Under the pieces are notes generated by a model. That model searched no databases, was not told the origin of the DNA, and saw only the letters and a list, made by a program, of their open reading frames with translations. This document shows positions 28,209 to 36,656 of a DNA stretch of 44,246 bases, in pieces. Source of the DNA: Cytophagales bacterium (GTDB lineage: Bacteria > Bacteroidota > Bacteroidia > Cytophagales > Cyclobacteriaceae); assembly GCA_038258905.1 (NCBI GenBank), contig JBBSPJ010000001.1, positions 1 to 44,246 on the forward strand. The letters run 5' to 3'. Each line of letters opens with the position of its first letter. Position 1 is the first letter of the stretch. The position numbers were made by a program, and so were the translations under genes.

Positions 28209-29267
28209 TCACCTTATATCCTCTACAATTATTGTAGATAATTTTAATGGTTCAATTACAACATCTCGTTTCCATCCCACTTTTTCAAATCTATCTCTTC
28301 TGTCTTTTCCAATAGCGTAAAAATCATAACTTCCACTTGGTAAATTGACTAAAAACCTAAATGAACGATCCAGCTCAAATTCATAAATAGATTTTTTGAA
28401 ACCGGTACTCAATTCTAAATCGTTAAAAATTCCTCTAGGGTAAACTAACATCATTACTTCTTCATATCTACGGGCGCCTGGATAGGATCCTTCAACAGTA
28501 CCTAGTGGAATACTCAAATTAAAATCAGGTTCAAATACATACGCTAAATCATAATCCTTCTTAGTAAATTGAACCTTATCATTTGGAGAACAAGGGCCTT
28601 CAAAATCTCCATGTCTTAAATGAGCTTCTACTGCCGAAATACCGATTTTCAGGCTTTTTCTATTTGATGGGTTACCGGGAGGTAAATGACATACTATACC
28701 TTTATTATAAACTGTATCTATTTTAAAAGACTTGTTTGGATTGAAATTTAATAGAACTGTTGTCTCTCTCCCCCCTATGATCTCAATAGTATCTTCTCTA
28801 CAGAATGTGTTCTCTCTTGAGTATAGCTGTATTAAACTATCGTTTTTGCTTTTTATAAACGAATACCCCTCTGAAAATTCAAGATCTAACTTTTTATATT
28901 TTTCGGGTAATGACTTTATTCTTACACCAATACAGATTGTGTTATATAAACCCGTATCGAGTATATGTTTGCCAAGATATATTCCGGAATCCAAAAGATT
29001 AATAGGTGCTAAAGTCTCCGAGCTAAATGTATACGATTCAACGTTGTCGCCACTTAATGTTATTTCATCGATTATCACAGAAACATCTGTAATACTATCG
29101 TGAAACCATTCTACACTGGATAAATATAATTCAACTGCTCCTTCATCTGAAGGAATTGAAACATTCTCAAACTCACTTTCATTACATCCAACAGCAAGCA
29201 ATCCTAACAAAACGAAGCATAACTGTACGCTTCTGATTGTAATAAAACCCGATAAAATTTTTTCCAT
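28209..29267 (-). CDS. DUF4382-like lipoprotein with inserted CHxPPGNP...AHLxHGD module
   Basis: Lipobox AVGC-NESE; V.V.IDEI...INLLD....LG...L..G.Y..I and LLNFNP.KS resemble DUF4382. Confidence 0.65.
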   Translation of the reverse strand: MEKILSGFITIRSVQLCFVLLGLLAVGCNESEFENVSIPSDEGAVELYLSSVEWFHDSITDVSVIIDEITLSGDNVESYTFSSETLAPINLLDSGIYLGKHILDTGLYNTICIGVRIKSLPEKYKKLDLEFSEGYSFIKSKNDSLIQLYSRENTFCREDTIEIIGGRETTVLLNFNPNKSFKIDTVYNKGIVCHLPPGNPSNRKSLKIGISAVEAHLRHGDFEGPCSPNDKVQFTKKDYDLAYVFEPDFNLSIPLGTVEGSYPGARRYEEVMMLVYPRGIFNDLELSTGFKKSIYEFELDRSFRFLVNLPSGSYDFYAIGKDRRDRFEKVGWKRDVVIEPLKLSTIIVEDIR

Positions 29268-29275
29268 CTATGTAT

Positions 29276-30631
29276 TTATTTATTTATAGCTTCTTTCTTT
29301 TTTCCTTTAATTTCAAAACCTATCCGATAAATCAATCTGTTGGGGCTATTCCAAAAACTATCCTCGTCAAGGAAATTATACAGTAACTGCATATTGCCAT
29401 TAACATTTTTACTAATTCTAAATTTCATCATTAATCCACCTAACAGATTGTTATCAACTTGATAATTAAGGTGCTCTTCTATGGGTGTCTTTCTCAAAGT
29501 TTCATATTCAGCATGTAAGTAAATGTTCTTAAAAAGTGCAAAATCTGAAAAGAAACGGCCTCCGTAAACCTCATTTTCTCTAGTTAAAAAATTCTTGCTA
29601 TTCGTATCAATGCCTACTCTATAGGTTGCACCTAATCCTAAAGCAAGCTTAGGAAAAACTAAATAAGAGACTTGAGGAGAAATATCCACTCCAAAGGGAT
29701 CTCCTGAATGGATTTGTAAATTTGTTCCAAATATAAACCTTTCAATTGCAGGCTGGTCTTTTAAAGGATTGATAGGTTTGTCCTTTAATTCAGAAAGTGA
29801 TTTGACCTCACTATACTTTTTCTTGTATTTTGAAATTTCTTGTTGTGAATTTTTAATTCTATCATTGAAATCTTCTTGGCTACCCTGATCTTTAAACTTT
29901 TGAAGCTTTTCCCTTAGTTTATTGTCGGTAAAATCGCGTGATTGCTTTGATAGGTAATCTTTTTTGCTGTATCCTTGTAGGTTATCTTTATTTATTACTT
30001 GATCAACGGGACCTTCTTGTGTTGAATTCGACTGATTTTTTAATTCAGTTAATTGATCATTTTTCCCGATTTTGTTTTTTGCTCCTTCATCTACTTTATT
30101 GATTAGCTGTACGCTTTCACTTTTAATTTTCTCTCGAATGGTAGCTGAATCGAATTTTACTTTTTTAAATTTTTGTAACTTTTCAGTGTATTGTCTTTTA
30201 CTTTGCTTAATGGTATTTATTGAATTTTTACCCCTTTCACTGCCCGAGTTTAGGGGTTGGCGTTGATCAGCAATTTCTAGTTTCTTAAGATGGCGTTCAT
30301 AGCGATTATTGAATTTTTCCTTCTCGTTACTTTCAATATCTTTAATTCTATTCTCGTACCCTTTTCTTCTTTCTAATCTTTTATCGGAAATTGTGCTGGA
30401 GATGGATTTACTGGGTTCAGCTTTAATTTTATTTCCAATATTTAAATTTTTAGACTGATTAATTAGCTGACTTTCAACCTTATTGGAGGAATTTCTTATT
30501 ACAATTGAGTCATTATTACTTATGGTGAGAGCACTATCTTTGGAATTTGTGTTTTGATCAGTAGTACTGCTTTGAGCAAAAACAGTATGAAAAGCAAATA
30601 TTAAAAAGTATACAGTTAGGAGAATCTTCAT
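29276..30631 (-). CDS. Exported protein: long Lys-rich coiled coil plus C-terminal outer-membrane beta-barrel
   Basis: Signal peptide (AFHTVFA-Q); last ~150 aa are alternating amphipathic strands (VDISPQVSY, LALGLGATY, YGGRFF, IYLHAEYE, YRIGFEI). Confidence 0.7.
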   Translation of the reverse strand: MKILLTVYFLIFAFHTVFAQSSTTDQNTNSKDSALTISNNDSIVIRNSSNKVESQLINQSKNLNIGNKIKAEPSKSISSTISDKRLERRKGYENRIKDIESNEKEKFNNRYERHLKKLEIADQRQPLNSGSERGKNSINTIKQSKRQYTEKLQKFKKVKFDSATIREKIKSESVQLINKVDEGAKNKIGKNDQLTELKNQSNSTQEGPVDQVINKDNLQGYSKKDYLSKQSRDFTDNKLREKLQKFKDQGSQEDFNDRIKNSQQEISKYKKKYSEVKSLSELKDKPINPLKDQPAIERFIFGTNLQIHSGDPFGVDISPQVSYLVFPKLALGLGATYRVGIDTNSKNFLTRENEVYGGRFFSDFALFKNIYLHAEYETLRKTPIEEHLNYQVDNNLLGGLMMKFRISKNVNGNMQLLYNFLDEDSFWNSPNRLIYRIGFEIKGKKKEAINK

Positions 30632-30956
30632 TAAGGTCTTGGTTAAACAAATAACGTCACAATACTAAGGCAATACAATTTGTTAACCTAATCCTAACTG
30701 TTAAGAAAAGTGTATATAGAGTGTAATGATTTAATTAAAATAAATTATCAATTTATTGCAATTTATTTAATTATAATTTAACTTAGTAGGTTTTCTTATT
30801 AGTTAATAAGTCTATTTTCATGTTACACCCTATATTTAAAGCAGAATAGATTGATTGACTTTTACCTACACTAATTACTATAAATCGAATCGAATCATCA
30901 AAATTAAAAGAAGCTTCATGTAAGCTATTTGTGACTTTTGAATTATTTCATATATT

Positions 30957-30988
30957 CAAAATTATAATCGCTTACATAAACTTTCAAA
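30957..30988 (-). promoter_or_regulatory. Candidate housekeeping promoter for the toxin operon
   Basis: TTTG (30988-30985)-N20-TAATTTTG (30964-30957); a chance match in AT-rich DNA is possible. Confidence 0.45.
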
Positions 30989-31054
30989 ACATAAACCTTT
31001 CATTTTAAAGTTATGATACTTTATTTCTTTCTACTAATACTTACAAGAAAGGCC

Positions 31055-31519
31055 TCATAGGAGACCTTCATCTGCAAAGCTTAGATAGCTTCCTGCGGTT
31101 AGGATGATGTGATCAAGGACTGGAAGATCTAAAAATACCCCGGCAGCTTTTATCTTTGCAGTTAGTTGCAAATCTGCTTGGCTAGGTTGCTTATTGCCAC
31201 TAGGGTGGTTATGGATTAAAATGACACTTGAGGCATTGCATAATAAGGCATGTTGAAATATCACCTTGGGGTCAGCTACGGTTCCGCTTATGCCTCCAAT
31301 AGAGATGACTGTAAAGCCTTGTACATTATTAGCTCTATTTAGGTAAAGACACATAAAAGCTTCTCTAGTTTCGATATCAATGGGATAAATCTTCCTTATG
31401 TAGCTAGCTACATTTTCGGAGCTCGTAACTTTGATGGCGGGTATCTGATTTTTTACATTGTACGTTGCCTGTAATTCTGCAACGACTTTTTTGAATGTTT
31501 TTACTGCATTAGTTTCCAT
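31055..31519 (-). CDS. radC: RadC/JAB-domain protein
   Basis: REAF...LNRAN...ISIGGISGTVADPK...HNHPSG...PSQAD...LDHIIL. Confidence 0.95.
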   Translation of the reverse strand: METNAVKTFKKVVAELQATYNVKNQIPAIKVTSSENVASYIRKIYPIDIETREAFMCLYLNRANNVQGFTVISIGGISGTVADPKVIFQHALLCNASSVILIHNHPSGNKQPSQADLQLTAKIKAAGVFLDLPVLDHIILTAGSYLSFADEGLL

Positions 31520-31535
31520 AATGATTGATTTAAGT

Positions 31536-31698
31536 GAATAAAAATTATGGATATTTTGAAGGCTAACGCAGTGGCTTATTCAGAATAAGCAAATATTGGG
31601 CGGTGCCAGGCTAAAAAGTCCCGGTATTTTCCGGGATGGTTTACGGTGGGTATTTGTATTTCAGAATAAGAGCCTAACTTAATCCAGAATTTGTATTC
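31536..31698. promoter_or_regulatory. Long imperfect stem-loop upstream of radC (ssDNA promoter/ssi-like)
   Basis: Outer arms 31536-31552 and 31682-31698 pair at 15/17; middle arms 31575-31595 and 31651-31670; inner TCCCGG/CCGGGA. Confidence 0.6.
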
Positions 31699-32020
31699 TA
31701 TCCTTCGAGTGCAATTAGACAAAAAAAGAAGAGATTACTACCAAAAAAAGGGAGAGTCATAAAATTTGATGTTCTGTAAAAAATACTTGTGATCAGTAAT
31801 AATTAAGTGAAATTCAAGTATCAACTATATTTAATATGCAGTAGGTTCTGGATTTTAATTCCCATAGAAAATGATTTAACAAACTAAGTTCAGAATCAAA
31901 TTTAAGGTGATTTGATTAGCTCATTCTTTTTTAGGTTCGGCTAGTTATCACTTCTAAAAAAAGATTCTAATTTGATAAAATAATAAAATTTCTGTGCCTT
32001 CGAGATAGAGTTTGGAGCGC

Positions 32021-32051
32021 AAAAAAAGCAACGTTTTTAAAACGTTGCTTT
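32021..32051 (-). terminator. Rho-independent terminator after ssb
   Basis: AAAGCAACGTTT...AAACGTTGCTTT palindrome with a T7 tail on the minus strand. Confidence 0.8.
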
Positions 32052-32069
32052 AATTAGATTTCAGAAGAT

Positions 32070-32381
32070 TTAAAGTACTTTGAAGTTTTCAACTATGATA
32101 TTGGCATTATTGTAAGTATTGCCATCTTTAGTTGAGGTGGAAGTTTCGTAATCGCCTTCAATGTAAAACTGATTGCCTTTTTTAAATACATCGAGTTGCT
32201 TTTCTGAAAATTTGGTGGCAAACATAATGCAATTGTGCCATACTGTTTTTTCAACTTTTTCACCATTTTTGTCTTTGTAGCTTTTGTCTTCAGCCAAAGA
32301 AAAAGTAAGCATTTCTTTTTTGTTTGATGTGTTGTGAACTTTAGCGTCTGCGCCAATGTGTCCTGTTCCGATGGTTTTCAT
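32070..32381 (-). CDS. ssb: Single-stranded DNA-binding protein (short, no acidic tail)
   Basis: GHIGADA...FSLA...YKDKNGEKVEKTVWHNC...KKG...YIEG OB-fold pattern. Confidence 0.92.
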   Translation of the reverse strand: MKTIGTGHIGADAKVHNTSNKKEMLTFSLAEDKSYKDKNGEKVEKTVWHNCIMFATKFSEKQLDVFKKGNQFYIEGDYETSTSTKDGNTYNNANIIVENFKVL

Positions 32382-32416
32382 AATTTTTAAATTTTAGAGT
32401 TAATAATAATTTTATG

Positions 32417-32656
32417 TCTGAACGATTGGGTATTACTTTAACAGATAAAAAAGGAAAATGAAAAGCTACTCGTAGCAGTAAATTTATTTATGTAAGAAAA
32501 AAATTTTTCATCCTTTAGGAGCTGATTAAAAATTCCTGTTCTTTGACTATAAAAATATGGCCATTAACCTCAAAAGATAAAAGAAAACCAAGGCCGAAAA
32601 CAGACCCGTGCAATGATGTTCAACATAGTAACAAGAAACTGTTCCAATCGTGCAGA
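32417..32656. promoter_or_regulatory. Branched stem-loop upstream of ssb
   Basis: TCTGAACGATTGG and CCAATCGTGCAGA pair at 12/13, enclosing AAAGGAAAATGAAAA/TTTTCATCCTTT and GCTAC/GTAGC. Confidence 0.5.
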
Positions 32657-32915
32657 GATCTACATAGAAAAAAGAGACATGAAAAAGAAAATATGGCCTC
32701 AATCGTCTAGTTTGAAGCCTTTTTCCAAAGCTCGATATAGGATAAAAAATATAACACCTATTGAGAGAAATTCGAAATGAGAAATCTGCTCTTAATTGGA
32801 ATCACTTTCTATTCAAAATCATGACAAAAACTTAAAATTTATCATCATTAAGCTAGCAACCCATATAAATAAAAGTCCCGTCTAATTTAAAGTGAATTAC
32901 TATTAATGGATCACT

Positions 32916-33066
32916 GCGCAAAAAAAACGTCAATGTGGCTTTCCTTAATGCCGCGAGAAAATTTCCTTCAAAATTTTCCGGCATGAAAGCCTCAGTGCCC
33001 TGTGTTTAGCGTTTCTTTTTGCGAAGGGCAGGGATTTGCCGGAACGGAAATAGGCCGTTTTTGCGC
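32916..33066. other. GC-enriched multi-branched inverted repeat structure
   Basis: GCGCAAAAA/TTTTTGCGC closing stem; nested GGCTTTC/GAAAGCC, ATGCCG/CGGCAT, GAAAATTT/AAATTTTC and TGCCCT/AGGGCA. Confidence 0.6.
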
Positions 33067-33339
33067 GGCTTAACTAAGCTTAGGTAACTGAAAGTTAAGT
33101 GTGATTGTGTAAAATAGGCCGTGGGCTGGTCAGGCTCTTAAAAGTCGGCTTGTGCAGCAATTTAGCAAGCAAACGATCTTTTATGTGCCTGATGCGAGAA
33201 TAACGGCAAAGGAAATGGGTGTACCTTCTTCAATTGGTTTGCTAACGACTATAAATCTAAAAAGTGGTTTTAAACTAAAATATTTACCTCCACTTTTGGG
33301 ATTTGGGAGATAAATCGACATTAGATCCATGCACGACCG

Positions 33340-33392
33340 ATCAGGGATAGAAGTGGAAATCCTTTTGCCCCTTATTTCAAGGGCAAAAGATT
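33340..33392 (-). other. Inverted repeat plus nic-like sequence (candidate oriT, or tra terminator)
   Basis: CTTTTGCCC-N10-GGGCAAAAG followed on the minus strand by ACTTCTATCCCTG, loosely similar to RP4-type YATCCTG. Confidence 0.3.
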
Positions 33393-33429
33393 GCAACAAA
33401 TAGCCCGGCTGATCGCCAAAAAAAATAGA

Positions 33430-33924
33430 TTAAAAATTTTCAGTATATGAAGTGGTTTTTGATACTTCATTTTGATTTTGACTAAATTCTATTGTTTCTA
33501 CTATTTCACCATCTGCTTTGATAGTTATCACCATAGAAAAACTATAGTCTGTATCGTCCGTGGCATCGATTGTTGGGCTTGTATTTATTCCGAAAGTGCA
33601 AACACTTAGTGGAACTGACGAGTTGACTGTAAGCTTTGAAATTAAATTATCTAAATCTAAAGTTGAACTTGTATAATCTCCAGGGCTATTTAAGTCCAAT
33701 ATTAAAGAATCTGGTGAAATTAAAGGTTCAATGTACTCTAATTCATTCGTTACTCTTGCAAAAGTAAAGATAAATAATGCTTGAAATCTGTCATAGTCTC
33801 CTGTTGCTGAGAATTCAATTGTAACATTTTTGTCTACTGATGCTTCTGGTTCTTGCGTATCCTCTCCGCAAGAAAATAGTAAACTAAAAAGTACTGCGAA
33901 CATTCCATATTTAAGTTTTTTCAT
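33430..33924 (-). CDS. Acidic lipoprotein at the distal end of the tra operon
   Basis: MKKLKYGMFAVLFSLLFSC-GED lipobox. Confidence 0.7.
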   Translation of the reverse strand: MKKLKYGMFAVLFSLLFSCGEDTQEPEASVDKNVTIEFSATGDYDRFQALFIFTFARVTNELEYIEPLISPDSLILDLNSPGDYTSSTLDLDNLISKLTVNSSVPLSVCTFGINTSPTIDATDDTDYSFSMVITIKADGEIVETIEFSQNQNEVSKTTSYTENF

Positions 33925-33937
33925 TTGTTTGTCGGTT

Positions 33938-34398
33938 TTAGTTAAGCTCTATTATTTTATTTGAATTACGTGCTTTTTGCACAAGATCTCTAATTTTATC
34001 AGCAATATCTGATTGCTTAATGCCGGCAAAGGCTATTTTTTTTGACTAACATCCATTGTAAAAAGTTGTAAAGTCATTAGTCCAAATATGCGCATAAAAA
34101 ACGGTTGTAAAATGGTATAATCTTTCACCCTATAAAGCTCCAAAGTGTTAGCTGTATAGGGAAATAAGCCTGTTCTCACTTTTATTGTTTGAATATTAAC
34201 AGTGTATCTAATGTTTCTTGTATAAAGAAATGATATCCAGAAACATGCCAAAAAAATAAAAAATCCAAAAATAGCAAAAGGGTAATAAAAAGCAGCAACA
34301 ATAAATAATGAACCAATTATTAGATATTTAAACGCTTTATAAATTGCATAACTCACGGCAGGCGTCAATATTAATGGATAGGTTTGTGTTGTTTTCAT
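33938..34398 (-). pseudogene. Bacterial PH (bPH_2)-domain membrane protein frameshifted at an A8 tract
   Basis: Two TMs, then GLF....LELYRVKDY...QPF.MRIFGL; adding one A at 34036-34043 continues IAFAGIKQSDIADKIRDLVQKARNSNKIIELN* to 33938. Confidence 0.75.
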
Positions 34399-35045
34399 AA
34401 GTCAGTAGCTAGTTCTAAAGTAGATTTCCATAATTGATAGTAGGAAGATTTTTTCTTAAGTGGTTTCAGACATTTTATTGAAGGTCTTTTTCTAATGGCT
34501 TGAATATGCTTCCAGTATTTGAAATCAGACACTTGTGTTGAATGGCGTGAGCCATCAACACAAGCTATAATCTGATCTCCCCTTAATTCATATTTAAAAT
34601 TGCGTTTATTAATAAAGTGGTCAATTTGGCAATCCTGAATGTCTCCTTTGGTTGTTGCAGGAAATAAAGTATAAAAACATCTTACTGCGGGGAGTAAAGA
34701 GGTGTAATAATGAATGTGTTCTTCATTAGGGCTATCTCCTGTAATAATCACGGCGTATTTATCTAATTCAAGTATTTTAGCATTGATATTTAAGTAGATC
34801 AAAGCATTAGTGTAAGTGTCACTGAAAAGTATATTTCTGCACTGCAGAGCAGTTGATCCTAAAATAAAGGCCGTTCCTTTCGAGCTTGGTATGCATTGAG
34901 CTAATCCTAGAAGTTCGGTTGAAACAATATTTTCCTCTAAATCATAGGTATAAAAAGACACCTGGCCATGCCGATTGCTTGACCAGTTATCTTTAAACAT
35001 AGTTAAAATGTTGAAATCTATATTTAGTAAATCCAGAACGCTCAA
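34395..35045 (-). CDS. ICE hypothetical protein, possibly degenerate Toprim/primase-like
   Basis: Operonic position in the tra cluster; weak Toprim-like pattern without clear catalytic acidic residues. Confidence 0.45.
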   Translation of the reverse strand: MSVLDLLNIDFNILTMFKDNWSSNRHGQVSFYTYDLEENIVSTELLGLAQCIPSSKGTAFILGSTALQCRNILFSDTYTNALIYLNINAKILELDKYAVIITGDSPNEEHIHYYTSLLPAVRCFYTLFPATTKGDIQDCQIDHFINKRNFKYELRGDQIIACVDGSRHSTQVSDFKYWKHIQAIRKRPSIKCLKPLKKKSSYYQLWKSTLELATDL

Positions 35046-35050
35046 AACTA

Positions 35051-36028
35051 TTATCTTTTAGGACCTGAATATTTTTGTTCTTCCTCCATCTGCGGTTCAT
35101 TTTGCGCGCTGTCAGATTTAGGATTTAATTCAGCTCCGCTCATATCTTGTGAGTGAAGTCTTTTGACTGAATCTTTACTTAATTGCGGGCCATCAGCTGT
35201 AATTCTGCTGCTTGCCTCCATGACATTGCTGAGATCATTCTTTGCATCTTTGTCATTAGGGTTTGTAGCAATTCTTCTTTCTATTTGCTTTCGTGCCTCT
35301 ATAATTGCGCTTTTAAATCCGGATGTCTGCATGTATTCAGCTTGGCTCATGGTGGTCTTCTTTTCAGTAGCCTGTTTTTGATCTTTTTCTTTATTTTTAA
35401 GCAGAATAGCTTTAATCCCTGAAATCAGCATGTAAGATAGTCCACCATCAGCAACCATGGAAAGTACTAAAAGAGATCGGTTAGATCTGAGTCCTTTACT
35501 TTCTGTCTGGTCTATTTGCAAGGTGGTGCCATCATTGAGCTGGATTTCTTTACCTTCACGAAGTTTCTTTTTCTGCTCTGGGGTCAATTGTTGGTCATTA
35601 GCTCTTTCAGGAATTTGTATTACATTTGGATCGTAGCTTAAGATCTGCCGCGTTTCTTTATCGTATTGATAGATTCTTTTTTGATCGATTCCATCCTTAT
35701 CAGTTAATGTTTTAGGCAAGCTTTTGATTGCGCCAGTTTCAAGATCTCTTTGCTCTTTGGCGGTGAGTTGTCCGTTCTTAAGAGCTTGCTTGAAAACAGG
35801 GTCTACTTGTAAAGTGGGTTTATTGTTAGCATCCTTGACTATTGATAAGCGGGCCAACATAGATTTGATTTCTATTTGTTCGTTTTTTAGATCTTTAAGC
35901 TCCACCACATCAGTTCTACCTCCATTTTTAAGCGTTTTAAGCTGATCATCAGAGATGGTGTATTTACCATCTTTGTAGAGTCCGAAAGACTTCATTTGTT
36001 CAAGGGGCAATCTTTTTAAGGCTTCCAT
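35051..36028 (-). CDS. DUF4099/DUF3945-family ICE protein
   Basis: LP..Q...FGL...L.NGGRTD...ARLS...QYDKETRQ...LTPEQKKKLREGKEI.L.DGT. Confidence 0.75.
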   Translation of the reverse strand: MEALKRLPLEQMKSFGLYKDGKYTISDDQLKTLKNGGRTDVVELKDLKNEQIEIKSMLARLSIVKDANNKPTLQVDPVFKQALKNGQLTAKEQRDLETGAIKSLPKTLTDKDGIDQKRIYQYDKETRQILSYDPNVIQIPERANDQQLTPEQKKKLREGKEIQLNDGTTLQIDQTESKGLRSNRSLLVLSMVADGGLSYMLISGIKAILLKNKEKDQKQATEKKTTMSQAEYMQTSGFKSAIIEARKQIERRIATNPNDKDAKNDLSNVMEASSRITADGPQLSKDSVKRLHSQDMSGAELNPKSDSAQNEPQMEEEQKYSGPKR

Positions 36029-36029
36029 A

Positions 36030-36656
36030 TTATCGTTGTTTAGTTAAGTTATCTGTAAAATATTTTAAAGGATCTATCGTCTTATTACCCTTCTTTATAG
36101 TAAGGTGTAAATGATCACCGGTAGACCTTCCAGTGGTGCCACTTATTGCAATTATTTCATTGGGATAAGTAGTCAATCCTTCTTCTATTAAAATTGCTGA
36201 AAGGTGTCCATATGTTGCCGTATACTCTTTGCCGGTAATTTCTATAAAATTGCCTATTACAGAGGTATAGCCTATTTTAGTGACTCGACCATAAAAGATT
36301 GAGTGAATGCTATCTTTGCTGGTATTGATGTCAATCCCTTGGTGAAATTGTTTAAGGTGGGTAATAGGGTGCGTTCTGTAGCCATATTTAGAGGTAATTG
36401 TAAAACCTTTAGTAGGTAGTACCACCCTATTTTTATATTCTTCCAGCAGGCTATTGGTAAAAGACCATTTCTTTAGATATTTTGATTGCTCTTGGTAATT
36501 ATGCTGCTTTGCGTTTATAGCTGCTTGAGCTATATAGTAATTACTAAGATTAATAATTGTTGAAGGCTGAATATATTGAGCATTGATTTGACCCAAGCTA
36601 TTTTGCAAGTTTATCCATGTGGATAAAATAAATCCTATCGTTATAATTCTAATCAT
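36030..36656 (-). CDS. M23 family peptidase (conjugation-associated)
   Basis: ITSKYGYRTHPI...HQGID...YGHLS...G.STGDHLH (HxxxD, HxH). Confidence 0.93.
   Translation of the reverse strand: MIRIITIGFILSTWINLQNSLGQINAQYIQPSTIINLSNYYIAQAAINAKQHNYQEQSKYLKKWSFTNSLLEEYKNRVVLPTKGFTITSKYGYRTHPITHLKQFHQGIDINTSKDSIHSIFYGRVTKIGYTSVIGNFIEITGKEYTATYGHLSAILIEEGLTTYPNEIIAISGTTGRSTGDHLHLTIKKGNKTIDPLKYFTDNLTKQR

Noticed and set aside
30655-30692. GGTTAAC-N15-AGTATT upstream of the toxin operon as a third ECF site
   Set aside because: Too divergent from the two exact copies
33085-33103. TAACT-GAA-AGTTA-AGTGTG resembling a MOBV nick site
   Set aside because: Only a 5-bp stem and partial similarity; no relaxase visible to support it
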